Below, piece by piece: positions 25,755-37,179 of a DNA stretch of 64,000 nt (positions are counted from its first letter, which is position 1; each line of letters opens with the position of its first letter). The translations under genes were made by a program, and so were the position numbers. Below the pieces are notes generated by a model. That model had not been told where the DNA came from. It made no database searches and saw only the letters and a program-made list of their open reading frames with translations. This DNA comes from Eledone cirrhosa (lineage: Eukaryota), in the NCBI GenBank assembly GCA_964016885.1, contig OZ024741.1, positions 382,106,001 to 382,170,000 of the forward strand. The letters are read 5' to 3'.

Positions 25755-28269
25755 CTAAATATTGCGAAGTGAACTTAACTACTACACCATGTATTTGGTT
25801 GCACATTAAAAAAAGGTAAACATCTTTTCTAACCAAACTTCCGTATAGGGCAACGATATGAACAAGAAAGATACCAGTATAGGTTGGTAAAATATTTTGT
25901 TTTTAGTGTATGCTTTATTCATGTATATATATATTAAAGATAATATGAAACAATATTTTAATTGTGGATGATTAAATAATGAGAGAAAGTTTATGAACAA
26001 GAGTAGCGTTTTGGAGATATGTGTCTGTGCTTAGATTTATTTTTTTATTTTTATAACCTACGATATAGTTATCTAATAAAAACATAATGTGTACTAAGAC
26101 AGTTCGTTTTGAATATGAAAAGACAAATATATATTTTTAAAAGCATTTTTACAATCAGTGTGTTGTATTATCATATTCTATACGGAACAGATATGCACCC
26201 TGGGATATTAACCTCATTAACTATCGACTGGAGATCATTTCTATTTCGGCAAATTCCGATAGTATCGACAAAACCCTATAGTAGCGGTAGAAGCACTGAC
26301 GCTACCAGAGAATATCTGAAAGAATTTCACCCAATTTGAAGTACGTTTCGTTTCGTCTTGTTAGTCTCAAGTAAACTGTAACCAGGCCAACCAAATTGTT
26401 AGTAATTTCTAGGAATTTGTTATTTTCGTGCAGGTTTATATTGATGATACATACATATGACTGAGACAATGCTGTGAATATTTGGCTATGATGATGAATA
26501 TTTGGCTATAATGCAAGGCATTTCGCGTTGTGTTATTGTATATGACGTTGTGTCTGTATATGACGGCGAATATTTCTCTTGGTCCAATTTAAAGAAATCT
26601 ATTCGAATATAAATAATCACTTCAAAGAATCTAATAAATGGTGATTTGAAATAAAAACGTATCAGTTAATTATATGATTATATAAGACGAGATATCGAAT
26701 GCCTTTCAATCATACGTTTTCCATGCCAAAGCTAGATCAGGGATCAAAGGACAGCAATTTCAATATACAATGTACAGGATAACCTAAACATATCAAATTT
26801 TTCATTTCATTTTACACGGAATATGGAATTTATTGTGGGTTTGTTTTAAACCATAGTTAACTGCAATTGCGAAGACTAATTATCACATTCTTACCTGCTA
26901 AGATTTCCTTTTCATTTTAGTTGTTATAACTAGGAGTACAATATATAATGAGTCTGTACCTTTGTTTAAAAGAGGTGGTATAATGTGCAGCTTCAGATCG
27001 CAAGTGTATAGCTCTCCCAACGTATTTTTGAGTAGGTAAGCCTGTAAAATATTATTTAAGCAAGAATTCCAACCTCATTTTTTATCCATTCACAAGCAGC
27101 TTATTTATGGCTCAATACAAAGAAAATCAAATATAAATTTACATTCACTCATAATGTGAACAGTGGCATTTACTAGCCAAAATAAAAAGAGCTGACAACT
27201 ATAACATCTTTATGATAATCTTACATCAGTATTATTCGAATACTTTTTATGAAGGAAGATAACATGTTCATTTTAGAAGTAATGACCTATTTGCAAATTA
27301 ATGTATTCAAATGAACTGGAAATGTACCAATTGGATGTCCTTCATATTCGTTCATTCATTTACTTTCAAAGCAATCATATTGAATTCAATTTACTTCGAT
27401 AAAATGTTGTTCTTACGGAAATCCGCAATACATATTATACATAAATCTGAAACATTAAATTGCTTGTACTTTGTTACATTTATTCCTTTAATACTTGTTC
27501 ATTAGCATCTTAATATATTCCTAGTTGTAGGTTATTGGTTACCACAAATAATATAATTTAATGTATAATTAAATTGTATGGAAAAGTAAATGCTTTCTAG
27601 TTAAAAATTTGATTGGGTGAATACACTATGCTGAAGGCGGAAATGCTATACATCTTTAACATTGATCTACATTTGCAACTATGAAAGAAGCAATCAATAC
27701 ACAATTAGAAACATCTGAAGAAAGGATTATAAAGTAGCCGTTTAATGTTTAATGAAATTTAAAGATAGATCTCTATTTCTGTCAAAGGAAACTGGTCTGA
27801 AATACTGCACAATAGTAAAAAAAATGTTATTAATGAAAAACTATAAATAAATAGGAATTACAAATAATGACCAACAGCTAAACCGGGCAGGATAGTTCTT
27901 CGTTTGCTATCTACAAATTATCAACGTCTGATATGAATTTACACGACACCTGTTATATAAATATATAAACAAATAGTCTCCTAGTAATCTTGAAACTAAT
28001 AAACTGCGTGTCAAATGGACTTGCAAGAATTTGAGAAGTGTTTCTTTAGGGAATTCAGTATGCCACAGATCTTGACTAGGCTAGATTCTTCCATTGTATG
28101 TATATATCAACCCATTACTCCTGATAGAAACGTAGGGACACTGTAATGGCATACAGCGTTTCTGGTTCATTTTAAGCAAGGCAGAGATCATCATCTCTCC
28201 AGGTCTGAGTACAGCAGATTTCTTCGAGAGAAGAAGGAAAAGTGAAAGAGTGGAAGACATATTTTCGAA

Positions 28270-28345
28270 CTCAAAAGATAAAAGTCAAGGTTGACAATGG
28301 TGGGATTTGAATTCAAAGAATTCTAACGCAAAGTAATTCATACAA
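28270..28345 (-). mobile_element. Degenerate SINE fragment
   Basis: AAAGTCAAGGTTGAC..GGGATTTGAATTCA resembles the reverse complement of the SINE B-box/core. Confidence 0.5.
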
Positions 28346-28597
28346 CATACTAACTACCGCCCTAGCTTTTAACATTACATGTACAACAGGTGTTTTCCAG
28401 CTGAGATGATTGCGAGAAATAAAGTGTCTAGTGCAAGGATAAAAGGCAAAACCAGATTTTACGAACGTAAATCTATCCACCTAAACACTAAACAAGGCCA
28501 AACTACCTAATATACGCAAGGCTAAAGAGATGACTATGCAAACATGTTATATTGAGGTGTATTTAAACTCCGGGAAAAATTGGGCAAGTAAATAATC

Positions 28598-30120
28598 GAC
28601 ACAGTGCAATGAATAAATATATTATTAGTTTTACGCTTTGAATAGTAGGAAAAGCGTCTAAACATTTCGGACCGTAAGCCTTCATCAGAAAATAGAATGA
28701 GAAATTAAAGAAGAAATAGAAATATTGGTGTGAGTGGGCAGTGGCAGAAATGAAAATATTCCTCAGAGATAAAACAGGTTTGTTCAATTCGTCATATCTT
28801 GGAAAATTGTTGAATCTGGCGTTGTTGTATCAGTTGATCTTGATTTAAAAAGCTGTGCTCCAATGCGTTTAACTGGAAAAGAAAAAAATATTGTTGTACA
28901 TAGAGCATGTACGTGTGCGAGTGTATGAGTGTGTTTTGTTGTAAGTACGAAGCTGTGAGGATATATGTGTGTATATACGTTTATGAGGGTGTGTATGTGT
29001 GTAAGTTGTTGATCCGGCCAGAGGTGTGTGCGTGTTGTTGGGGGTGTGTACAAGCTGTAAAAGTGTATGTTTCTTACAATAAGAGAGCCATAGGAAGAAG
29101 ACTATGGGTTGAATGCGTGCGTGTATGTTGGTCAGCGGATTAGATTGGTGTGACAGTGGCTAGGGAGATAGACGTAAGCACGAGCGTATCTGTCCTAAGT
29201 TAAAGATATTGAGAGCATAAAGGTTTCTACAGTCAGTTGTTGTGAGAGAAGTGGCTGAAGGGGCTATAGGAGAGTGAGTTGTAGGTGGCGAGATAATAGG
29301 GATACGGTTGGAGTTTAGGCGAGTGAGTTAGCTAAGGGTTGTCAGGGTGAGAAAATTTAGTCGATTTAGGTGGAGTATGAATTCGACGATGGATTGGCGA
29401 GGAGTAGGTGCCAAAGAGACGAGAGAAGAATGTAGACTTTGGGGAGATCTCAGTTGATTAAACGGATTTGAGAGAAGGTAAAATGGACGGTCACCCGCAT
29501 GAGATTGTGAGAGGAGCAGGTAAGGATATTTTCAGTGGTGGGACTTGGAAGTGGAGTTGAGGTGGAACAGGCTGAGATAGATGACGTTGTACCGGAGTTT
29601 GGTGAAGAAGAGTTAAGAGAGATGCAAAGATCATTGGATGCAAGTGGGAGCAAAGGAGTGAAGAGTAAGTGGTGGAGGAAACAAGAGGTCGTACCGGTGT
29701 GAGAGAGAAATAGAATGGTGAGATGGAAATGGTCAAAAGGGAATAGTCGGGAAAGAACTGTGGAGGAAAAGTTGTTGTAAGTTGTGGTATCTTGGTATAC
29801 AGCAAAGAGCAATAAAAAAAATTAAGTGATATCCAACTAGAAGCTCAGGTCGAGTCCGAGGAAAATCCAGTTTTAGGGGGAAAATCCCAATGTATGGGTC
29901 CAACAAATTTGAGCGTCTACGTATAATTATATATATATTCCTCAATATAAATATTTGTTTTTGCCACTGCCCTCTCTTCTTTAAATTTTCATACTATTTT
30001 CTGATGAAGCACTAGTGTCCCACATGTTAAGAGGCTTTTCCTATTACATAAAGCGTACAATTAATTACATATTTATTCACCGTTCTGTGTCATGTGAATT
30101 TTATTACTGTTTGCCTTTTG
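28598..30120 (-). mobile_element. Old degenerate PLE: 3' pLTR (about 28598-29050), non-coding or decayed body, inverted pLTR (about 29935-30120)
   Basis: pLTR homologous to 30250-30700; contains HHR-like CTGATGA..GAAA. Confidence 0.6.
28655..28692 (-). ncRNA. Degenerate minimal hammerhead motif
   Basis: Reverse complement CTGATGA-aGG-cttacggt-CC-GAAA-TGTTTA; sister copies at about 30001-30030 (+) and 30337-30366 (-) give consensus CTGATGA-aGGACtagtGTCC-GAAACGTT. Confidence 0.55.
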
Positions 30121-30138
30121 CACACACACACACAAACA

Positions 30139-30200
<62 letters not shown>

Positions 30201-30249
30201 AGTGTTTGTGTGTGTGTGTGTGTATGTGTGTATGTGTGCGTGCGTGCGA

Positions 30250-31620
30250 AAGGCAAACCAAAATAAAATTCACATATCACAGTAGGGTGAATAAATATTT
30301 TATTAGTTTTACGCTATATGTAATAGGAAAAGCATCTTAACGTGTCGGACACTAGTCCTTCATCAGAAATAGAATGCGAACTTAAAGAAGAAATAGAACG
30401 ATAGAGGAGCGTGGGCAGTGGCAGAAACGAAAACAATTTTCTGAGAGAAAATATATATAGGTATATTAAATTCGGCATCTCTTGGAAATCTTCTGATTCT
30501 GGCGTTGTTATATGAGTTGATTTTGTTTTAAAAAGGCGTTCATCAAACTCCTGAAAGGAAAAGAAAACGTTTTGTATATAAGGCGTGTACGCATGCGTCT
30601 GTCTATGTGTGTGTGTTTTGTTGTATGTACGAAAGTCTGAAGATATGACTGCCTATATACGTTTATGAGGGTAAATGTGTGTAAGGTTTTGGGCTTAGGG
30701 TTCTGAGAGTGTAAGTGTAGATGTGTGTGTGTTTTGGTATGGGTCTGTGCAACCTATAACAGTGTGTGTTTCTGACAGTAATAGTGCCATACTGGAAACA
30801 ACTAAGAGGTGAATGTACGTGCGCATGTGTGACAGCGCACGAGGTAGGGGTGACATTGTCTCGATATATAGAAGTAAGTTCGAGTGTCTACGGGGAAGAT
30901 TACAGGAATATGGGAGGGGAGTTGTGTCCAAATGCGAAATTGTATCCAAGGCGGACCACTAGACTGTCCTCAGATTTGGTGCCACTGGCCAGGAATCCAT
31001 GATGTAAAAGAACACAAAGGACATGTTTAGAGGAGAGGATTGGGTAACAGAAACGACATGCAACGTGGGTATCCATGGCGAGTCGTATGTCCTTCAAGTG
31101 TTCAGCGAAACGGTTCACTAAATTGAGGGCTGTTCGTCTGATGTATAGGGACCCGGAAAGTGTAGAGCAGAGGGCATAGATTACGTGGGTGGATTTGTAC
31201 GTAAAGGAGTGGCGGATACATAAATAGCTGTATGTGCCTTTGTGAATGGTGGGGTTTCAAAATGGAGGGATAAGTGTTACATTGGGGAGGAGAACAAGGA
31301 CCTGTGGCGGGTGTAGAGAGTAAGGGAAAATACTACGTACCAGGAGGTCGTGGAGATTACGAGCGTTTTCAAAGGCGTGGGTTTGGAAAGAAGCCAGAAG
31401 GTGGGGTCAGAAATGAGGGTACGGAAGCGAAGGAGAATATATGTCACCAGTGAGGTAGGGTGCAGATGGGGGGGGGGGGGGGAGCTGGAAATACAGGCAT
31501 GTGTTGAGGGTGAGAGGTCTGTGTTATGGTCAGTCACATGGGTGTTGGTGAAGCGAGAATAGCTATTTTGTATGTGTCTGTCGGGCTTATACTCCTATAA
31601 ATAGAGGTTTTCTCACTGAA
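30250..31620 (-). mobile_element. Degenerate PLE 3' part (GIY-YIG remnant + pLTR)
   Basis: Minus strand 31200-31080 reads KSTHVIYALCS../YIRRTALNLVNRFAEHLKDIR; pLTR with HHR-like motif near 30337-30366. Confidence 0.72.
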
Positions 31621-32393
31621 ATTTAATATGTAATGTTGTTTCACTGAGAGATATATTATCTATATATTTTCGGCTGCAATTTCTAGTGGCATTTTAAGCC
31701 TGTAGTATGGTCCTAATATGTTAGGAGGTATGTGAGCATTTAATAGTTAAACTACAAAACGTGGGCTTGTGTACAGCATGCTGCCTCGGCAAACGATAAA
31801 GTATGCATAATTGTTGGTCAGTATCCTCTAATGATAAAATAATTAAACAACCCTAAAACGTGTTGTTGATTCTTCAATTATTGAGATTATAATTCGTATT
31901 AGCCATAATCCAGTTTGGTCCTAAATCTCACTCTATGAGTAAGGTTTGAATGTGTATCGAGAGTATATTCCTAATGTGGCAAATGCACTTGTACCTCGGG
32001 ACCCGGGATTCTGCAAAACATTATGCTTCAAGGAGTGAAATTTGCAACTTGCTAAATAATATGATTCTGCATTAGCGTCATCAGCAAAACTTGAATTATG
32101 GAGAGACAGAGATAAATATCGCTCGCCCAATGTGAGAGTGAAAGAAATTACTGCTATGTGTCTTGCCTGCAGCAGTCAGTGACGTCAGCTAAAAGAGAGC
32201 ATCATCTCTTTTACCATGGAACATTGCAGAATGGCTGCAAAAATTCGAAATAATTCGAAAAAATTCGATTTTATAGCCATAATTGAGACCTCCCCCTATT
32301 GGGAAAAAGGAAAAAATAATTGTACAGAAACTCAGAGTTAAAGAGAAATGTAATACAATTTACGTACGTTTCTGGTTGTCCTATTAACTACGA

Positions 32394-32443
<50 letters not shown>

Positions 32444-32512
32444 CGAAGGTACGTTTTAGTCCAAAATAGCCGTCAAAACGGCTTGACCCCTGCCGCCGGG
32501 GTTAAAAATTTT

Positions 32513-32548
<36 letters not shown>

Positions 32549-32577
32549 AACATACACGCACACGCACACATACAGGC

Positions 32578-32608
<31 letters not shown>

Positions 32609-33914
32609 AACATATATTTATAGATTCTCGTAGTTAACATTTGTATGTGTGTGTGTGTATGTATGTGTTTGACACTGATAAACTTTTAAGTTGAGAACGT
32701 GTACGCTTCTGTTCATGCTTTGTATGAGGGACAAAACTCTGACGAGGTAAGTTTAAGCTAATCGTTTGTAAAGTTATGAGGAACATTATCTGAAACGATG
32801 GTATATATGATAAATGTTATTATGAATAGAATTATGTTACTTTCATTAGGCAGTAGTTTAACATGATATCTACTAAATCTATTATAGTTGGTAATATCTT
32901 GTAAAGAAAAGGAAAATTCCAAAAAGTTTAAATTGTGGAAGTTAGACTAATAATTTTAGCAAAGAGAAAATGACTCCAGATATCTCAGGTGTTGATTGCA
33001 TTTTTCTATAGATTTCGAAAATTGTTATCCTGTTTCCAATTTCGGTTGGTGAAATAGGTCGATATATTGCGCTGATTAGTACTATCGATTGAGTGCATGG
33101 CGTGAAGCTCACGACTGAAAGAAAATAGAGATTTTTTCTACCATTTGTGGCGCTATTTATCTATTCAGATCTAGACTCATTATCGATGTTCAGATATTAA
33201 AAGAACTGTTTCAATAAATCCAAAATATTCGATTCTTCTGAACAGGTTACACCAATCTGTGCTTCAATGTAACATATTACAAAGCATTGTGGTGTAACCA
33301 TCCGGAAATCGTTTCTGCTGTTTTACAGTATGTAATCATGATTACCAATGTATGAAACAGCAAAGTGAATACGAAATTTGTAGCTATAAAGTACATAAAC
33401 ACAATGATTTAGAATTGTTTCTTTAGATTTCAAAATATTTTATTGAAAATTATGTTCGCATTTCAAAAGACAATCATTTCTTTAGTGAATACATTCATTT
33501 TTATGGTCTCTGAATATTTGAGTGAAGATAAATGAATATGGGAAGCTTATAAGGGAAATAACTCATTCTAAGAAGACCAAATATTTTATTACTTCCATTA
33601 TTGCTTTGACAATTCTATGGACAAAGAAAATTGCAGTCAATCGAGCGATGAATAATGAGTCAGTCATTTTGTTATTTTGTATAATGAATGCATAGAATAT
33701 TCTGTCTTTGTATGCGTTTTTGAAATCATGACGTAGTTTCCTCAACAGGCATTGGATATTGTAATATTTTTACTTATGAGTTTATGTCATATAATATGGA
33801 GGACACACGTGTCTTAATACATTTTGACGGTTGAGTTTCAATTTCTACCCTGTTAGTATATAAAGCAGATTCTGGAAACACAATGTATATTCAATCAATT
33901 CGTTGCAGTAATAA

Positions 33915-34096
33915 TTGTTTCTACTTTTGGCACAAGGCCAGCAATTATCCAGTCCATTACTGGTACTTTATTTTATCGACCTCGTAAGGATGAAAGGAAA
34001 AGTTAACCTCGGCGGGATTTGAACTCAGATCATAAAGGGCCGTAACTCTTTGCTGAAACCCATGGTGTCCGACCATCTACTGATACTGCCAATCCA
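33915..34096 (-). mobile_element. tRNA-derived SINE
   Basis: Reverse complement of the 34322-34515 / 36245-36465 family. Confidence 0.88.
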
Positions 34097-34321
34097 GTAA
34101 TAATAATAGATTATACACCATGCATATTTTTCCAATATATACGTAACGTTGTTACACGATTATTTTATTTTATGCTGCTGTGATCATCTAAATGTGAACA
34201 TTTTCTCTATTAAATGTAGATATGCCCCTTTAATTATTTCAGGTGTGTAATTAATTTCAGAATTCAATATATAGTTTACGTGAAAGGGCTGATGTGTAAT
34301 TATTATGATTAAATAACATTA

Positions 34322-34515
34322 AGGGCGGTGGATTGGCAGTATTGGTAGAGGATCGGATGCCATGCTTTGCAGCAAAGTATTACGTCCATTTAGGGTCTTA
34401 GTTCAAATCCCGCCGATGTTAACTTTGCCTTTCATCTTTACGGGGTCGATAAAATAAAGCACCAGTAATACACTGAGATAATTGCTGGCCTTGTGCCAAA
34501 TGTAGAAACAATTTT
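34322..34515 (+). mobile_element. tRNA-derived SINE
   Basis: GGTGGATTGGCAG A-box-like start, AGTTCAAATCCCGCC B-box, shared core. Confidence 0.88.
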
Positions 34516-36244
34516 GACTAAATAACATGACTATCCCGCTCTAAATCTAGAGGGTTGTTTATATCATATATATCTTTGGAGCAATTATTATCTGTCAAAT
34601 TCCCAGTTTTAGAGAGTGGAGACCGTTCCAAAAATATATTGCAGTCCCTATTTCGTGCCGTAAAACCTGGCCATTTACCAGTGACGTGTACTGGTGTATC
34701 AGGAAGCTTCAAAGACGTTTCAGAAACAAGAAACAACCTGGAGGGCCCTTATTAGACGACTGTTATAACAATGGACTCTCTATTATGAACATATTCCTCC
34801 TGCACAGAGGCATCTAAAAATACACCTGATATAATTGGAATCAGAGATAGAGATCAATAATTGATTTTGTTATTGTCTCTGATCTCTTCGATTCTGCGCT
34901 GGAATTTCGTGTTAAGAGAGTGGCTGAGCTCTCAACAGATCACGATCTAGTGATCTGCAAATTGGGTCTGACTAAATCCCAAAGAGTTCACAAAACTGGC
35001 ATCTCCAGCTGGTGCAACAGGATGATTGGGGAAGCGTTGGTGGCCAGTAAATTCGGGACCATGTATTCACACACTATCACATCCAAATTCAGATAGCTCC
35101 CTCAGGAAACAGAGAGGTTGAAACGAAGTGCAGATTGTTCAGCTAAACAATTTTTGCTTCAACTGCTAAATACTAGGTGAGAATGAGGCTTGGAACGGCG
35201 CTGGATGGCAGGAGGATCCCATCGTTCAATCAATAGGTCAAAGACGCCATTTGAGTAAAGAAGGAGACCTACCAAGCCTCGGAATACATCCCCCTTCTTG
35301 CACTTGCGGTATAAATAGACATGAAAAATCGCAACAGAAACAGCAAAGGACTCTAAAGATAAGACATAGGGGAATTCTAGGGTTAAGCTGGAATGCGACC
35401 TCTGATCAGCAATTTTTTTTTTTTGACACTCTATCCACTAATTTAGTAATAAGAATTCCTTCTCCTCAAATGCTATCAGGAATGAGTCGGGTTCTCCTCT
35501 CTTCAGAGAGATGCATCCTTCCGGGGTGGAAAGAATGCCTTGCTGATCTCTTTAACACGATCTCAACAGCCTCACTCTGATATACATGAGGTGCTTTTAA
35601 GAGCAGTGACAAATCTCTCAAACGCAGAGGTCACAAATGTGACAAGGCAGCTGGTGAGGGATAAATTTGGCATGAGATGTTAAAAGCCTTAAATATAGAA
35701 AGTATTATCTGGCTAATTCATGCATGTCAGGTGGCCTGTGTATCTGGAAAAGCACCTAAGCAATGGCAATTAGGATGGGTAATCCCAATTTTCTAAAAGA
35801 GAGCAAAGAGAAATTAATCTTAATATAGAGGGATGTCCTTCTTAAACCTCCCCGCTAAAGTCTATGGTCAGTATGTGGTAAATTGATATATGGAGGTTAT
35901 CAAGTCTAAGCTAGATTATAAACAGTGCAGTTGTCGCCATGGATGCTGCACGGCAGACAAAATAATCATAAGGGGAAGGGTCTTTGAGAATTGGTGGGAA
36001 TACTTCCAATGACTGTACTCCTGGTTTGTAGGCTTCGAAAACGCATATGACCGCGTTTCCACAGGACCTGATGTGAAATATGCTGCAGATGTATGGGATC
36101 GATGGTCAGATTATTTTGCTCTGGTGTCTCTATACGAATGCCTGTGTATTACCGTTTGGATAAATGGTGCTACATCGAAACCATTCAATATTGGAGTTGG
36201 ACTCCGCCACGTGTGCTCACTCTTATTTCTCCTGTTCGTTATGT

Positions 36245-36465
36245 TCAGGTGGATTGGCAGTATCGGTAGAAGGTCGCAAGCCATACTTTTCAGCATAGAG
36301 TTACGGCCCTTTATGATGTGAGTTCAAATCCTGCAGAGGTTAACTTTGCCTTTCATTCTTACCTGGTCGATAAAATAAAGTACCAGTCACGCACTGGTGT
36401 GATTTAATCGACTTTCTCCTCCTTAAACATTGCTGGCCTTGTGCCTATATAGGAAACCATTATTT
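36245..36465 (+). mobile_element. tRNA-derived SINE nested in RTE
   Basis: Full family structure interrupts the RT after LLFVMF. Confidence 0.9.
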
Positions 36466-37037
36466 TACCGAACAAGGTGGACATGCGAAGCTGCGTTGAT
36501 AGTCGCATCGCGATTGGCGGGTGTAGAGTCAGTCGGCTGGAATTAAGTTGACAGAATCTGATCTCTGACATTCAGGTGATATCAAACTTGATAGATTGGC
36601 TGCAGATCGCTACTCAGCTGGAATGAAAATCAGTGCTGCGATAACTGAGACACTAGCCCTGTCATGGAAGCCTGAGCACTGCTCTCTACATGTGACTGGG
36701 GTTCCACTAAAACATGAAAACATGTGGAGATATTCAAGTATCACAGGGCCAGTTACACGAATGATGGAATGCAGGAGGATGCATTAAATGCAGGAATTGC
36801 AGTAATTGCAATCGGTATTCGTGCCAACCCTTATCTATGCTCATGAAACTTGGGTAATGACCGAGAGAACACGATCGCGAATACAAACGGCCGAAATTGT
36901 GACAGCTAAAGAATTATTGTATATCATAATTTGTGATATACAATAATATAAATAAATATACCATTTATAGATTAAATTATAAATTCAAGACTCATCTGAG
37001 CACTTATCCTGTAAGGCCTTTTCGGGAATAAGTGGGT

Positions 37038-37179
37038 GAAGAAGAAGAAGAAGAAGAAGAAGAAGAAGAAGAAGAAGAAGAAGAAGAAGAAGAAGAAGAA
37101 GAAGAAGAAGAAGAAGAAGAAGAAGAAGAAGAAGAAGAAGAAGAAGAAGAAGAAGAAGAAGAAGAAGAAGAAGAAGAAG
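37038..37179 (+). repeat. (GAA)n microsatellite, about 47 units
   Basis: Direct read. Confidence 0.98.

Larger units (their letters stand above)
34850..37179 (+). mobile_element. Degenerate RTE-clade LINE with SINE insertion and expanded (GAA)n tail
   Basis: STDHDLVIC (APE end), GKAPKQWQ, YRGMSFLNLPAKVY, FENAYDRV, YAHETWVMTERTRSRIQTAE; 3' end matches 9035-9068. Confidence 0.82.

Noticed and set aside
24540-28250. Host protein-coding exons in the long unique AT-rich stretches (also 37200-40200)
   Set aside because: Only short ORFs without recognisable motifs; small exons cannot be excluded without transcript data
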